Positions 49,626 to 59,561 of a DNA stretch of 64,000 nt are shown here, one piece after another. A program made the translations under genes and the position numbers. Below the pieces are notes generated by a model, which was given only the letters and a program-made list of their open reading frames with translations, made no database searches and was not told where the DNA came from. Position 1 is the stretch's first letter, and each line of letters begins with the position of its first letter. The stretch comes from an uncultured delta proteobacterium (GTDB taxonomy: Bacteria; Desulfobacterota; Desulfobaccia; Desulfobaccales; 0-14-0-80-60-11), in NCBI GenBank assembly GCA_963812015.1, contig CAWETI010000002.1, forward strand, positions 192,001 through 256,000. Reading direction: 5' to 3'.

Positions 49626-50033
49626 ATGGGCAGACCCAAAAAGTGCCGGTGGGTGGAAAATGAGCCGGGGGTGACGTTTTTTAAGCCCCGGGGCATTCCC
49701 CTCAGATCTTTGCAGCAGATAGTGATTACGGTGGACGAGCTGGAGGCCATGCGTTTGGCCGACTTCCTGGAGATGACCCAGGAAGAGGTGGCCCAGAGGA
49801 TGCAGGTTTCCCGGCCCACGGTGACCCGGATGTTGTCCCGGGCCCATCGGGCGGTGGCCGAAGCCCTGGTGCACGGTAAAGCGATTTGCATTCAAGGGGG
49901 AGATTACCGTGTGGGGCAGCAATGCCAGGCATGCGGACACTGGAATCTTCAGGATCCAGGGGACGCGGACTCAGAAGGTTGCACCTGCCCTGGTCACGAA
50001 GGCGAGGCGAAGCCGCCGGATTCAGACAAATAA
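49626..50033 (+). CDS. DUF134 HTH protein with Cys-rich tail
   Basis: MGRPKKCR, FKPRGIP, DELEAMRLAD and MQVSRPT; upstream TTGACA at 49573. Confidence 0.92.
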   Translation: MGRPKKCRWVENEPGVTFFKPRGIPLRSLQQIVITVDELEAMRLADFLEMTQEEVAQRMQVSRPTVTRMLSRAHRAVAEALVHGKAICIQGGDYRVGQQCQACGHWNLQDPGDADSEGCTCPGHEGEAKPPDSDK

Positions 50034-50140
50034 ACGCGGCGGTTTTTCTTATTTTTCTTATTTTTCTTAAGAGCCTTGCCGCGCCTCGTGCTTAGTTTCA
50101 AAAATTCACCTTATTTTATGGCTGAAGCACCCCTGCAAAA

Positions 50141-50237
50141 GGAACCTGAAGTCCCCCTTTTTTGAAGAGGGATTGAGGGGGATTATCTAAGTATTAGAAT
50201 CCCTCCTTACCCCCCTTGAGAAAAGGGGGGAATTCCC
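50141..50237. repeat. REP-like hairpin pair related to the interior of 5922-6103
   Basis: GAACCTGAAGTCCCCCTTTTTTGAAGAGGGATTGAGGGGGATT...AATCCCTCCTTACCCCCCTTGAGAAAAGGGGGGAA. Confidence 0.65.
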
Positions 50238-50309
50238 ATGCCTGGGGGGGTAGCGTTAATTTCTGCAATGAAGTCTAGGCCCGGATGCCTTCGGGGGGAG
50301 ACAGGGGGG

Positions 50310-51353
50310 ATGGCCGACATCAGCACCTATAAAGATGCCGGGGTCGATATCGATAAAGCGGATACCTTTATCAAAAGCGTTCAGACCCTGGCAAAATCCA
50401 CTTACCGCACCGGAGTTCTGGGGGAGATCGGCTCATTCGGCGGCCTGTTTCATCTGGGGGCCGACCGGTATCGCGACCCGGTGTTGGTTTCCTCCACCGA
50501 TGGGGTGGGGACCAAGATTAAAATCGCCGTCCTCATGAACCGCCACGATACCATCGGTATCGACCTGGTGGCCATGTGCGCCAATGACATCGTGGTCCAT
50601 GGTGCCACCCCGCTGTTCTTTTTGGATTACCTGGCCATGGGGCAGTTGGTCCCGGAAACCGCTACCCTGATCGTCGAAGGCATCACTCACGGCTGCAAGC
50701 AGGCCCGGTGCTCCCTGATCGGCGGGGAGACCGCGGAGATGCCCGGCATCTATCTGCCCGGCGATTACGACCTGGCCGGCTTTGTGGTGGGGGTGGTGGA
50801 ACGGGATCAAATTATCGACGGCTCAACCATCGCCGTGGGCCACCGGATTATCGGCCTCGCCTCCAGCGGCCTGCACAGCAACGGCTACTCCCTGGTCCGC
50901 CAGGTGCTCTTGGAGCGCCACCGCTACTTGGTGGAGGACCAGATCCCGGAATTGGGGGGGGCCCTGGGAGAGGAACTCCTCAAACCCACCCGTATTTACG
51001 TGGAGACGGTGCTCAACCTGCTGCGGGATTTCCCCCTCAGCGGCATCTGTCATATCACCGGCGGCGGCTTAACCGACAATCTGCCGCGCATCCTGCCTAA
51101 GTCCTGCCAGGCGGTCATTAATAAGCAATCCTGGCCGGTGCCTCCCATCTTCCATTTCCTCCGGGAGAAGGGCAACATCCCCGAAGCCGAAATGCTCCGC
51201 ACCTTCAACAACGGTATCGGCCTGGCGGTGGTGGTGGGCGAAGAATACGTGGCCGACGTGCTCCTGCGCCTCCAGGGCCTGCACGAGGAGGGTTATGTGA
51301 TCGGCGAGGTCGTGTCGCGCAAAAATGACGATCCTTCGTTGGTCTACGTGTAA
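50310..51353 (+). CDS. purM: Phosphoribosylformylglycinamidine cyclo-ligase
   Basis: YKDAGVDID, TDGVGTK, GGETAEMP, HSNGYSL and HITGGG. Confidence 0.97.
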   Translation: MADISTYKDAGVDIDKADTFIKSVQTLAKSTYRTGVLGEIGSFGGLFHLGADRYRDPVLVSSTDGVGTKIKIAVLMNRHDTIGIDLVAMCANDIVVHGATPLFFLDYLAMGQLVPETATLIVEGITHGCKQARCSLIGGETAEMPGIYLPGDYDLAGFVVGVVERDQIIDGSTIAVGHRIIGLASSGLHSNGYSLVRQVLLERHRYLVEDQIPELGGALGEELLKPTRIYVETVLNLLRDFPLSGICHITGGGLTDNLPRILPKSCQAVINKQSWPVPPIFHFLREKGNIPEAEMLRTFNNGIGLAVVVGEEYVADVLLRLQGLHEEGYVIGEVVSRKNDDPSLVYV

Positions 51354-51515
51354 ATACTCTGTCCGGGGACAACGTGTTCTCCTCGCCAGGCCATCCCCCT
51401 CCCCTCGGGTTCACCCCTTACCCATGGCTTCGTTGATCAAGAACTGGTGATAACTATTGAAGATTCTCCATGCGCAATAATATTGCCTATTCTCTCTGAG
51501 GATTGACAAAAACCA

Positions 51516-52874
51516 ATGATGCGGAAATTCTTTTCAGTCTCGGTTTTCGGGTGGGGCCTGGTGATTATCGGTATGCTAGGCAATCCCTGGGTGATTGCTC
51601 GTTATTTCACCCAGGATGGCAGCCTGGACTTTCACGTGCGCACCGCGCTCCTCATCCTGGATGCCATATTGATTTTCTGGGGCCTGGTTATTTTGTTTCA
51701 GCGCCGCTCCTGGCACACCAGGCAAATTGGTTACCTCCTGGTGGCGACGGTCATTACCCTGGTCATCGTGGAAAGCTTTCTGCAAGGTGTCTGTATCATA
51801 AAAAATAGGGTAGTGTTCGATGTGCGCATGGGTCACAGCGCTTATAAAAACGAACCCTGGGGCAAGGAATACTGGAAGGAATATCACGACACCAGCTTTC
51901 ATTATGAGCCGTTTATTCTGTGGAATGCCGATGAATATCATGGGAAATGGATAAACATGGACCGTGCCGGCATCAGAAAGACCTGGACGCCGCCCGGACC
52001 CATCCCACCGGCGCCGAAGCAGATTTTTGTCCTGGGGGGGTCGGCCATCTGGGGTATCGGCGCCCGGGATGATTACACCATCCCCTCGGATTTGTCGAAG
52101 TTACTCAATGCAACGAACAAACAATATGTGGTTTATAATTACGGCACCCCCGGCTTTACGTTACTTCAAGAAATAGTTAAATTGATGTTATTATTAAAAG
52201 ACGGCCAGCGCCCTGATTATATTGTCTTCTATGATGGCTCCAACGAAGTCTATACCGCTTACCAGACGGGGCGCGTCGTCAATCTGCATAACTTTGAAGA
52301 AATCCAGGAAAAGATTGAAGCCTCTCCCATTACCCTGGGGTTAAAATATATGCTTGCCAAGTGCCGGATCGTCCAGGCCACAGAAAAAACCCTGGCGGTT
52401 TTCCACCTGCAATATAACTATCAAGAAGGAGCAGCCCAATTCACCGAAAAACAACTTGAAGCCTTAGGAAAAGATATTGCAAAAAACTACAAAGAATCAG
52501 CGAGTTTGGTGCAAAATTTATCTGAGACCTATAATTTTAACTATACATTATTTTGGCAGCCGGTAATTTTTTTCGAGACCAGCACGGTGGAGGATGAAAT
52601 CAGGTTTGATCCCCACTGTCGGGATCAAAATCTGGCCAAACTTTTTAAGATAGTTACCGCCAATTTGCTTACTTCACCCCCGCCCCGCTGGGTTGATCTT
52701 TCCGGGGCTCTGCACCAAGCTCCGAAACCGATTTTCATTGATTTCTGTCATATGACCGAACCGGGCTATGCCACCGTGAGTGCGAACATCGCGGCAATCG
52801 TGCGGGATCAACTCCAGACCGGCAAGATCGCCCCGCTCCGCCCCCTCCGGGACCTTCAAGAAGGCCGCCCGTAG
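51516..52874 (+). CDS. Membrane-anchored SGNH/GDSL hydrolase-like protein
   Basis: Three N-terminal TM segments; LGGSAIWG, YNYG, YDGSNE, FWQP and DFCH; lower GC. Confidence 0.75.
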   Translation: MMRKFFSVSVFGWGLVIIGMLGNPWVIARYFTQDGSLDFHVRTALLILDAILIFWGLVILFQRRSWHTRQIGYLLVATVITLVIVESFLQGVCIIKNRVVFDVRMGHSAYKNEPWGKEYWKEYHDTSFHYEPFILWNADEYHGKWINMDRAGIRKTWTPPGPIPPAPKQIFVLGGSAIWGIGARDDYTIPSDLSKLLNATNKQYVVYNYGTPGFTLLQEIVKLMLLLKDGQRPDYIVFYDGSNEVYTAYQTGRVVNLHNFEEIQEKIEASPITLGLKYMLAKCRIVQATEKTLAVFHLQYNYQEGAAQFTEKQLEALGKDIAKNYKESASLVQNLSETYNFNYTLFWQPVIFFETSTVEDEIRFDPHCRDQNLAKLFKIVTANLLTSPPPRWVDLSGALHQAPKPIFIDFCHMTEPGYATVSANIAAIVRDQLQTGKIAPLRPLRDLQEGRP

Positions 52875-52961
52875 GCAAGGCCTACCCAGGAAGATCGGCA
52901 GGGAGGGCTGTTATAGGCGACATGGGGCGTAATACCGAGTCGCAAACCACCAGCCATTCCC

Positions 52962-53023
52962 TGTAGGGGCGGACCCATGTGTCCGCCCTTGATTGAGGGC
53001 GCACACGCGGGTGCGCCCCTACA
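52962..53023. repeat. Inverted pair of GTAG REPs (REPIN-like)
   Basis: TGTAGGGGCGGACCCATGTGTCCGCCC ... GGGCGCACACGCGGGTGCGCCCCTACA. Confidence 0.85.
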
Positions 53024-53152
53024 ATGCTCTATTTTATTTATTGCGACTTGGCATAAAACGTACCCTGCGTCTGCAAGAGAACAGGATATTGCCTTGCGAC
53101 CAGATATCCCTGGTTGATCTGCGTCCCGGACCGGCTAAAATCCAACAAAATA

Positions 53153-53182
53153 TTGACAATTACCCAGCAATCATGGTAAAAA
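53153..53182 (+). promoter_or_regulatory. Putative promoter of the panCD-metK-ahcY operon
   Basis: TTGACA-18 bp-TAAAAA, with a TG extension. Confidence 0.45.
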
Positions 53183-53194
53183 TTAATGGTTTTT

Positions 53195-53277
53195 GGCCCA
53201 GAGCTTGGATCCGGCCTGATTCGGACTGAGACTCGGCGGGTGACAACCCCCAGAGGATCAGGTCTGGGGTTTTTTTT
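53195..53277 (+). ncRNA. Structured 5' leader of panC (pan-motif-like) with terminator/antiterminator
   Basis: Hairpin CGGCC..GG[A]CTG followed by GAGAC; terminator CCCCAGA/TCTGGGG plus T8; alternative 10-bp helix between 53213-53222 and 53255-53264. Confidence 0.6.
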
Positions 53278-54141
53278 ATGGAGATCATCAGCGACCCCCA
53301 GGACATGCAAGGCCTGGCCCGGCAGTGGCGGGGCCTGGGCCTGAACGTCGTCCTGGTGCCCACCATGGGGTTTTTCCACCCGGGGCACCTGAGCCTGATG
53401 CACTACGGCCGCACCATCGCTGACCGCCTGGTGGTGAGCCTGTTTGTCAATCCCGCTCAGTTCGGACCCCAGGAAGATTTAGGGCGCTACCCCCGGGATC
53501 TGGACCGGGACGTGGGCCTGGCCCAGGAGGCCGGCGTCGACTGCCTATACACCCCCGCGGCCGCGGCCATGTATCCCCCGGGGTACCAGACCTTTGTGGA
53601 AGTCGGCCCCCTCTCCCAGGGCCTGTGCGGCGCGTATCGCCCGGGGCATTTCCGGGGGGTGGCCACGGTGGTGCTCAAGTTGCTCCACCAGGTGGAGCCC
53701 CAGGTGGCCGTCTTCGGGGAAAAGGACTATCAGCAGTTGATGGTCGTGAACCGGATGGCCGCGGACCTGGATGTGCCGGTTAAGATCGTGGGCCGGCCCA
53801 TCGTCCGGGAGCCGGACGGGCTGGCCATGAGTTCCCGGAACACGTATCTCTCCCTGGAAGAGCGGGCCGCGGCCTTGTGCCTCTACCGGGGGATCCAGGC
53901 CGCCCGGGACCTGGTGGCCACCGGGGAGAATTCCCGGGACCGGATTGTGGCCGGAGTCCGGGAGATTATCACCGAGACGCCTTTTACCCGCATCGATTAC
54001 GTCGCCCTGGTGGATCCTGCCACCCTCCAGGAAGTGGAGGCCATCGGGGACGAGGCCCGGCTGTTGCTGGCGGTGTGGGTCAATAATACCCGCCTCATTG
54101 ACAATACTTTGTTATCGGAGACCCGGTTATGTTGCGTGTAA
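53278..54141 (+). CDS. panC: Pantoate-beta-alanine ligase
   Basis: VPTMGFFHPGH, FVNPAQF, RPGHFRGV, GEKDYQQ and AMSSRN. Confidence 0.97.
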   Translation: MEIISDPQDMQGLARQWRGLGLNVVLVPTMGFFHPGHLSLMHYGRTIADRLVVSLFVNPAQFGPQEDLGRYPRDLDRDVGLAQEAGVDCLYTPAAAAMYPPGYQTFVEVGPLSQGLCGAYRPGHFRGVATVVLKLLHQVEPQVAVFGEKDYQQLMVVNRMAADLDVPVKIVGRPIVREPDGLAMSSRNTYLSLEERAAALCLYRGIQAARDLVATGENSRDRIVAGVREIITETPFTRIDYVALVDPATLQEVEAIGDEARLLLAVWVNNTRLIDNTLLSETRLCCV

Positions 54142-54524
54142 TGATGAAATCCAAAATCCACCGCGCCACCATCACCCAGGCTGATCTGCACTATGAAGGG
54201 TCTATTACCATCGCGGCGGAATTGATGCGGGCGGCGGACATCCTGCCGTACGAGATGGTCCACGTCTACAATATCTCCAACGGCGAACGGTTTGAAACCT
54301 ATGCCCTGGAAGGCGAGGAAGATTCTGGGGTGATCTGTTTGAACGGGGCCGCGGCGCGCAAAGGGGCGGTGGGGGATTTGATTATCATCACCACCTACGC
54401 CACCTACGAGGCGGCGGAGCTTGAGCGGCATCAGCCCAAAGTGGTCATGGTGGACCGCGCTAACCACCTCAAAAAAACCTCATCGGCTGAAAAACCGCTC
54501 GCTTTTTTCTCCATATCCAGTTAA
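54129..54524 (+). CDS. panD: Aspartate 1-decarboxylase
   Basis: KSKIHRATIT, YEG/SITI autocleavage site and NGAAAR. Confidence 0.97.
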   Translation: MLRVMMKSKIHRATITQADLHYEGSITIAAELMRAADILPYEMVHVYNISNGERFETYALEGEEDSGVICLNGAAARKGAVGDLIIITTYATYEAAELERHQPKVVMVDRANHLKKTSSAEKPLAFFSISS

Positions 54525-54590
54525 ATTTTTCAGGATAGGCGCGGGGGATACCCCCCGCGGCGATTATTCTTGTAAAGGAGTCCCATTAGG

Positions 54591-55805
<1,215 letters not shown>

Positions 55806-55813
55806 GGATTCGC

Positions 55814-57070
55814 ATGAATTACGATGTCAAGGATATCAATCTGGCTGACAAAGGCCGCCTCCGGGTGGAATGGGCCCGGCGGGATATGCCGGTCTTGAAT
55901 GCCATCCGGGAGCGGTTCGAGCGGGAAAAACCCCTGGCCGGGCTCAGGATCGCCGCCTGTTTACATGTCACCACCGAGACCGGGGTGCTGGCCGCCACCT
56001 TAAAAGCCGGGGGAGCCCAGGTCCACGTCTGCGCCTCCAATCCCCTGAGCACCCAAGACGACGTGGCGGCTTTCCTGGCCAAGCACGAAGGCATTCCCAC
56101 CTTTGCCATCAAAGGGGAAGACGGCGACACCTACTATCGCCACATCAACCAGGCCCTGGAAGTGAAACCCCAGATGACCATGGATGACGGGGCCGACCTG
56201 GTCTTCACCGTCCACACCAAACGCCAGGACCTGCTTGGCGATATTTTTGCCGGCACCGAGGAGACCACCACCGGGGTGATCCGCCTCAAGGCCATGGCCA
56301 AAGATGGGGTGCTGCGCTTCCCCATCATCGCGGTGAATGACGCCATGACCAAATACCTCTTCGACAACCGCTACGGCACCGGTCAGAGCACCCTGGACGG
56401 CATCATGCGGGCCACCAACCGGCTGATGTCCGGCAGCATCTTTGTGGTGGCCGGGTATGGCTGGTGCGGCCGGGGCTTGGCCATGCGGGCCCGGGGCATG
56501 GGGGCCCGGGTGATCGTCACCGAGGTCAACCCCCTCAAGGCCCTGGAAGCCCTGATGGACGGCTACGAAGTTCTGCCCATGGAGCAGGCCGCCAGGATCG
56601 GCGACATCTTCTGCACCCTCACCGGCGACATCAATGTCATCCGGGAAGAGCATTTCGTGCTCATGAAAGACGGCGCCATCCTCTCCAATTCCGGGCATTT
56701 CAATGTGGAAATCGACATCCCGAGCCTGGAGCGCCTCAGCACCGCCCGGCGTCAGATTCGGGACGCGGTGGAAGAATTTACCCTGAAAAACGGCACCTGT
56801 CTCTATGTGCTGGCCGAAGGCCGCCTGGTCAACCTGGCCGCGGCCGAAGGACACCCCTCAGCGGTCATGGATATGAGCTTTGCCAACCAGGCCCTGTCGG
56901 CGGAATTCATTTTTCAGAACCACCAGAAATTCGCCAAGCAAGTCTATCCGGTGCCGGAAGATATCGATAAAGAAATCGCCCGGCTGAAACTGGCGGCGAT
57001 GCAAGTGGATATCGACACCCTCACCCCCGAGCAGGAAAAATATCTGGCATCCTACGATTTGGGGACGTAA
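55814..57070 (+). CDS. ahcY: Adenosylhomocysteinase
   Basis: [30 protein letters not shown] and GHPSAVMD; start at MNYDVKD. Confidence 0.98.
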   Translation: MNYDVKDINLADKGRLRVEWARRDMPVLNAIRERFEREKPLAGLRIAACLHVTTETGVLAATLKAGGAQVHVCASNPLSTQDDVAAFLAKHEGIPTFAIKGEDGDTYYRHINQALEVKPQMTMDDGADLVFTVHTKRQDLLGDIFAGTEETTTGVIRLKAMAKDGVLRFPIIAVNDAMTKYLFDNRYGTGQSTLDGIMRATNRLMSGSIFVVAGYGWCGRGLAMRARGMGARVIVTEVNPLKALEALMDGYEVLPMEQAARIGDIFCTLTGDINVIREEHFVLMKDGAILSNSGHFNVEIDIPSLERLSTARRQIRDAVEEFTLKNGTCLYVLAEGRLVNLAAAEGHPSAVMDMSFANQALSAEFIFQNHQKFAKQVYPVPEDIDKEIARLKLAAMQVDIDTLTPEQEKYLASYDLGT

Positions 57071-57075
57071 TTTTT

Positions 57076-57240
57076 CAGGGGTCAGAGGCTAGGGATCAGG
57101 GGCCGGGAAAACCTTTCCTTTGATTTCCCCATATTTGTTGCTTTACTCAATCTTCGGGTTAAAGCCCGGCAGGGAATACTTGGCGTCCGGCTGCTTTTCT
57201 GACCCCTGCTCCCTGCTCCCTGCTCCCTGACCCCTGCTTT
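57076..57240. repeat. Inverted arrays of 7-bp tandem repeats between ahcY and pgm
   Basis: GGGTCAG-AGGCTAG-GGATCAG-GGGCCGG (57079-57106) faces CTGACCC-(CTGCTCC)x3-CTGACCC-CTGCTTT (57199-57240). Confidence 0.75.
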
Positions 57241-57257
57241 ACAAGGAATAGTCCAGG

Positions 57258-58676
57258 ATGACCGAAATCAAATTCGGCACCTCGGGTTGGCGGGGAATTC
57301 TGGCGGAAGATTTCACCTTCCCCAACGCCCGCCTGGTGTGCCAGAGCATTGCCGACTACCTGAAACAAGAAGGTCTCACCAATCAGGGAGTGGTGATCGG
57401 CTACGACACCCGCTTCCAGTCCGAGGCCTTCGCCGCCGCCGCCGCCCAGGTGATGGCCGCCAACGGCATCATTAGCCATCTCACCACCCGGGATTGCCCC
57501 ACGCCGGTGGTGAGTTACGCCACCCGGGCCGGCAAGCGCGCCGGGGCCATCAATATCACCGCCAGCCACAATCCCCCGGAATACAACGGCATCAAGTTTT
57601 CTCCCGCCAGCGGGGGCCCCGCCCCCTCACCGGTGACCGACGCCATCGAGTCCCTCATCGGCAAACTCAGTCCCGCCGCGGTCAAGACCATGCCCCTGGC
57701 TGAAGCCCGGGCCCAAGGCCTGGTCCTCGACCTGGACCCCAAGGAGTCTTATTTTCAGCACCTCAAGACCTTGATTGACCTCGAGGTGTTAAAGCGGGCC
57801 GACCTCAAGGTGGTGGTGGACGTGCTCTACGGCACCGGCCGGGATTACCTGGATGCCTTTCTTAAGGAGGCGGGGGTGCAGGTGGAACTTCTCAACGGCT
57901 ATCGGGACGCCTACTTCGGTGGGCATCGGCCGGAGCCGTCCGAGGAATTCCTGCAAGATCTCTCCCGGCGCATCCGGGCCACCGGGGCCCATCTGGGCCT
58001 GGCCGTGGACGCCGACGCCGACCGCTTCGGGGTCATGGACGCGGCCGGCGGCTATCGGGACGCCAATACCATCCTGGGGCTGCTCTTTGATTATCTCATC
58101 GAGACCCGGGGCTGGGACGGGGGCGTGGCCCGCAGCGTGGCCACCACCCACCTGTTGGACCGGATCGCCGCCCGGCACCACCGGCCGGTGTACGTCACCA
58201 AGGTGGGCTTCAAGTACCTGGGGGAATATATCAATAACGACCAGGTGGTTATGGTGGGCGAGGAGAGCGAGGGTTTCTCCATGAAGCACCATCTGCCGGA
58301 AAAGGACGGCATCCTGGCCGGGGCTTTGGTGGCCGAAATGGTGGCCCGGAAAGGCAAAGGCCTCCCCGAACTTATTGCCGACCTGTTCGCCAAGGTAGGG
58401 CCGGTCTACAACCGCCGCCTCAATTTCTCCCTGACCCCGGAAGTCAAAGAGCGGCTGCTGGAACGCCTCCAGACCCCTCCGGCCCGCTTTGCCGGCCTGG
58501 CCGTCAAGGAGTGCATCACCCTGGACGGACACAAATTTGTCCTTTCGGACGGCAGTTGGGTGTGTTTCCGGCCCTCCGGCACCGAACCGGTGGTGCGCTT
58601 CTATTTCGAGGCGTCGTCTTTTGAGGAACTGGAGCGACTGCGAGGCGCCGGAGAAGCCTTGATCCGGGAAGCCTGA
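57258..58676 (+). CDS. Phosphoglucomutase/phosphomannomutase family protein
   Basis: FGTSGWRG, TASHNP, DADADR, GEES and RPSGTEP. Confidence 0.95.
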   Translation: MTEIKFGTSGWRGILAEDFTFPNARLVCQSIADYLKQEGLTNQGVVIGYDTRFQSEAFAAAAAQVMAANGIISHLTTRDCPTPVVSYATRAGKRAGAINITASHNPPEYNGIKFSPASGGPAPSPVTDAIESLIGKLSPAAVKTMPLAEARAQGLVLDLDPKESYFQHLKTLIDLEVLKRADLKVVVDVLYGTGRDYLDAFLKEAGVQVELLNGYRDAYFGGHRPEPSEEFLQDLSRRIRATGAHLGLAVDADADRFGVMDAAGGYRDANTILGLLFDYLIETRGWDGGVARSVATTHLLDRIAARHHRPVYVTKVGFKYLGEYINNDQVVMVGEESEGFSMKHHLPEKDGILAGALVAEMVARKGKGLPELIADLFAKVGPVYNRRLNFSLTPEVKERLLERLQTPPARFAGLAVKECITLDGHKFVLSDGSWVCFRPSGTEPVVRFYFEASSFEELERLRGAGEALIREA

Positions 58677-58678
58677 GC

Positions 58679-59302
58679 ATGCCCGGGATAAACCTCCCTT
58701 ATCTCCTGCAAGCGGCCCTCATGGTCGTGGTGCTGCTGTTTTCCGTCATTGTCCATGAGGTGGCCCACGGCTACGTGGCCCTCCTGAACGGCGACCCCAC
58801 CGCCCGGATGCTGGGCCGCATCACCCTCAATCCGGTCCCCCACATTGACCCGTTCGGCACCATCCTGCTGCCGTTGTTGCTGTATCTGGCACACCTGCCC
58901 GTCGTCGGCATGGCCAAACCGGTGCCGGTGAACCCCCTCAACTTTCGTAATTACCGCATGGGAGAGTTCGCGGTGAGCGCCGCCGGGCCCGCGAGCAACC
59001 TGGCCCTGGCCGTGGCCTTTTCCGTTCTGCTGCGTCTGGACCTCGGGAATCCGGGAGTTATGATGCTGGCCATCCTGGGCGTCAAAATCAATATTTTATT
59101 AGCAGTCTTCAATCTGATCCCCATTCCGCCCCTGGACGGCTCCCACATCCTGGCCATCCTGCTGCCCCGGGAGCTCGCCCGGCTTTACGACCACCTCCAG
59201 GCGGTGGGCTTCATCCTCATCCTGATTCTGTTTTACACCGGCATCCTGGGGGCCATCATTATCCCGCTTTCCCGTCAGATTGAGATGCTCTTGCTGGGAT
59301 GA
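58679..59302 (+). CDS. Site-2 protease (M50)
   Basis: HEVAH, AAGPASN and NLIPIPPLDG. Confidence 0.94.
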   Translation: MPGINLPYLLQAALMVVVLLFSVIVHEVAHGYVALLNGDPTARMLGRITLNPVPHIDPFGTILLPLLLYLAHLPVVGMAKPVPVNPLNFRNYRMGEFAVSAAGPASNLALAVAFSVLLRLDLGNPGVMMLAILGVKINILLAVFNLIPIPPLDGSHILAILLPRELARLYDHLQAVGFILILILFYTGILGAIIIPLSRQIEMLLLG

Positions 59303-59446
59303 GCGCGCCTTCTTATTGATGATTTCTGTCGGGAAAAGTTCAGGTGGAGGTGCGCAGTGCGCACCATAACAACTGCGGTTAGCCTTTTCCCCGCCGCCTA
59401 AAACCCCGAAGCTAAAAAATTCCTGATATTGACTATTGTTCATAAC

Positions 59447-59475
59447 TTGCATCTTGTTAAAAACAGACGTACACT
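59447..59475 (+). promoter_or_regulatory. Putative sigma70 promoter of mrp
   Basis: TTGCAT-17 bp-TACACT. Confidence 0.5.
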
Positions 59476-59561
59476 TATTAATTAAAGAAGAGAGAAATCT
59501 GGGGGGAGGCATCCTCCCCCCTGCCGTTTTTCTTTGCATACCCCAACAAGGAGCCTGAGAT

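Noticed and set aside
57199..57240. Heptamer array or REP clusters as a CRISPR array
   Set aside because: No constant repeats with unique spacers, and no cas genes.
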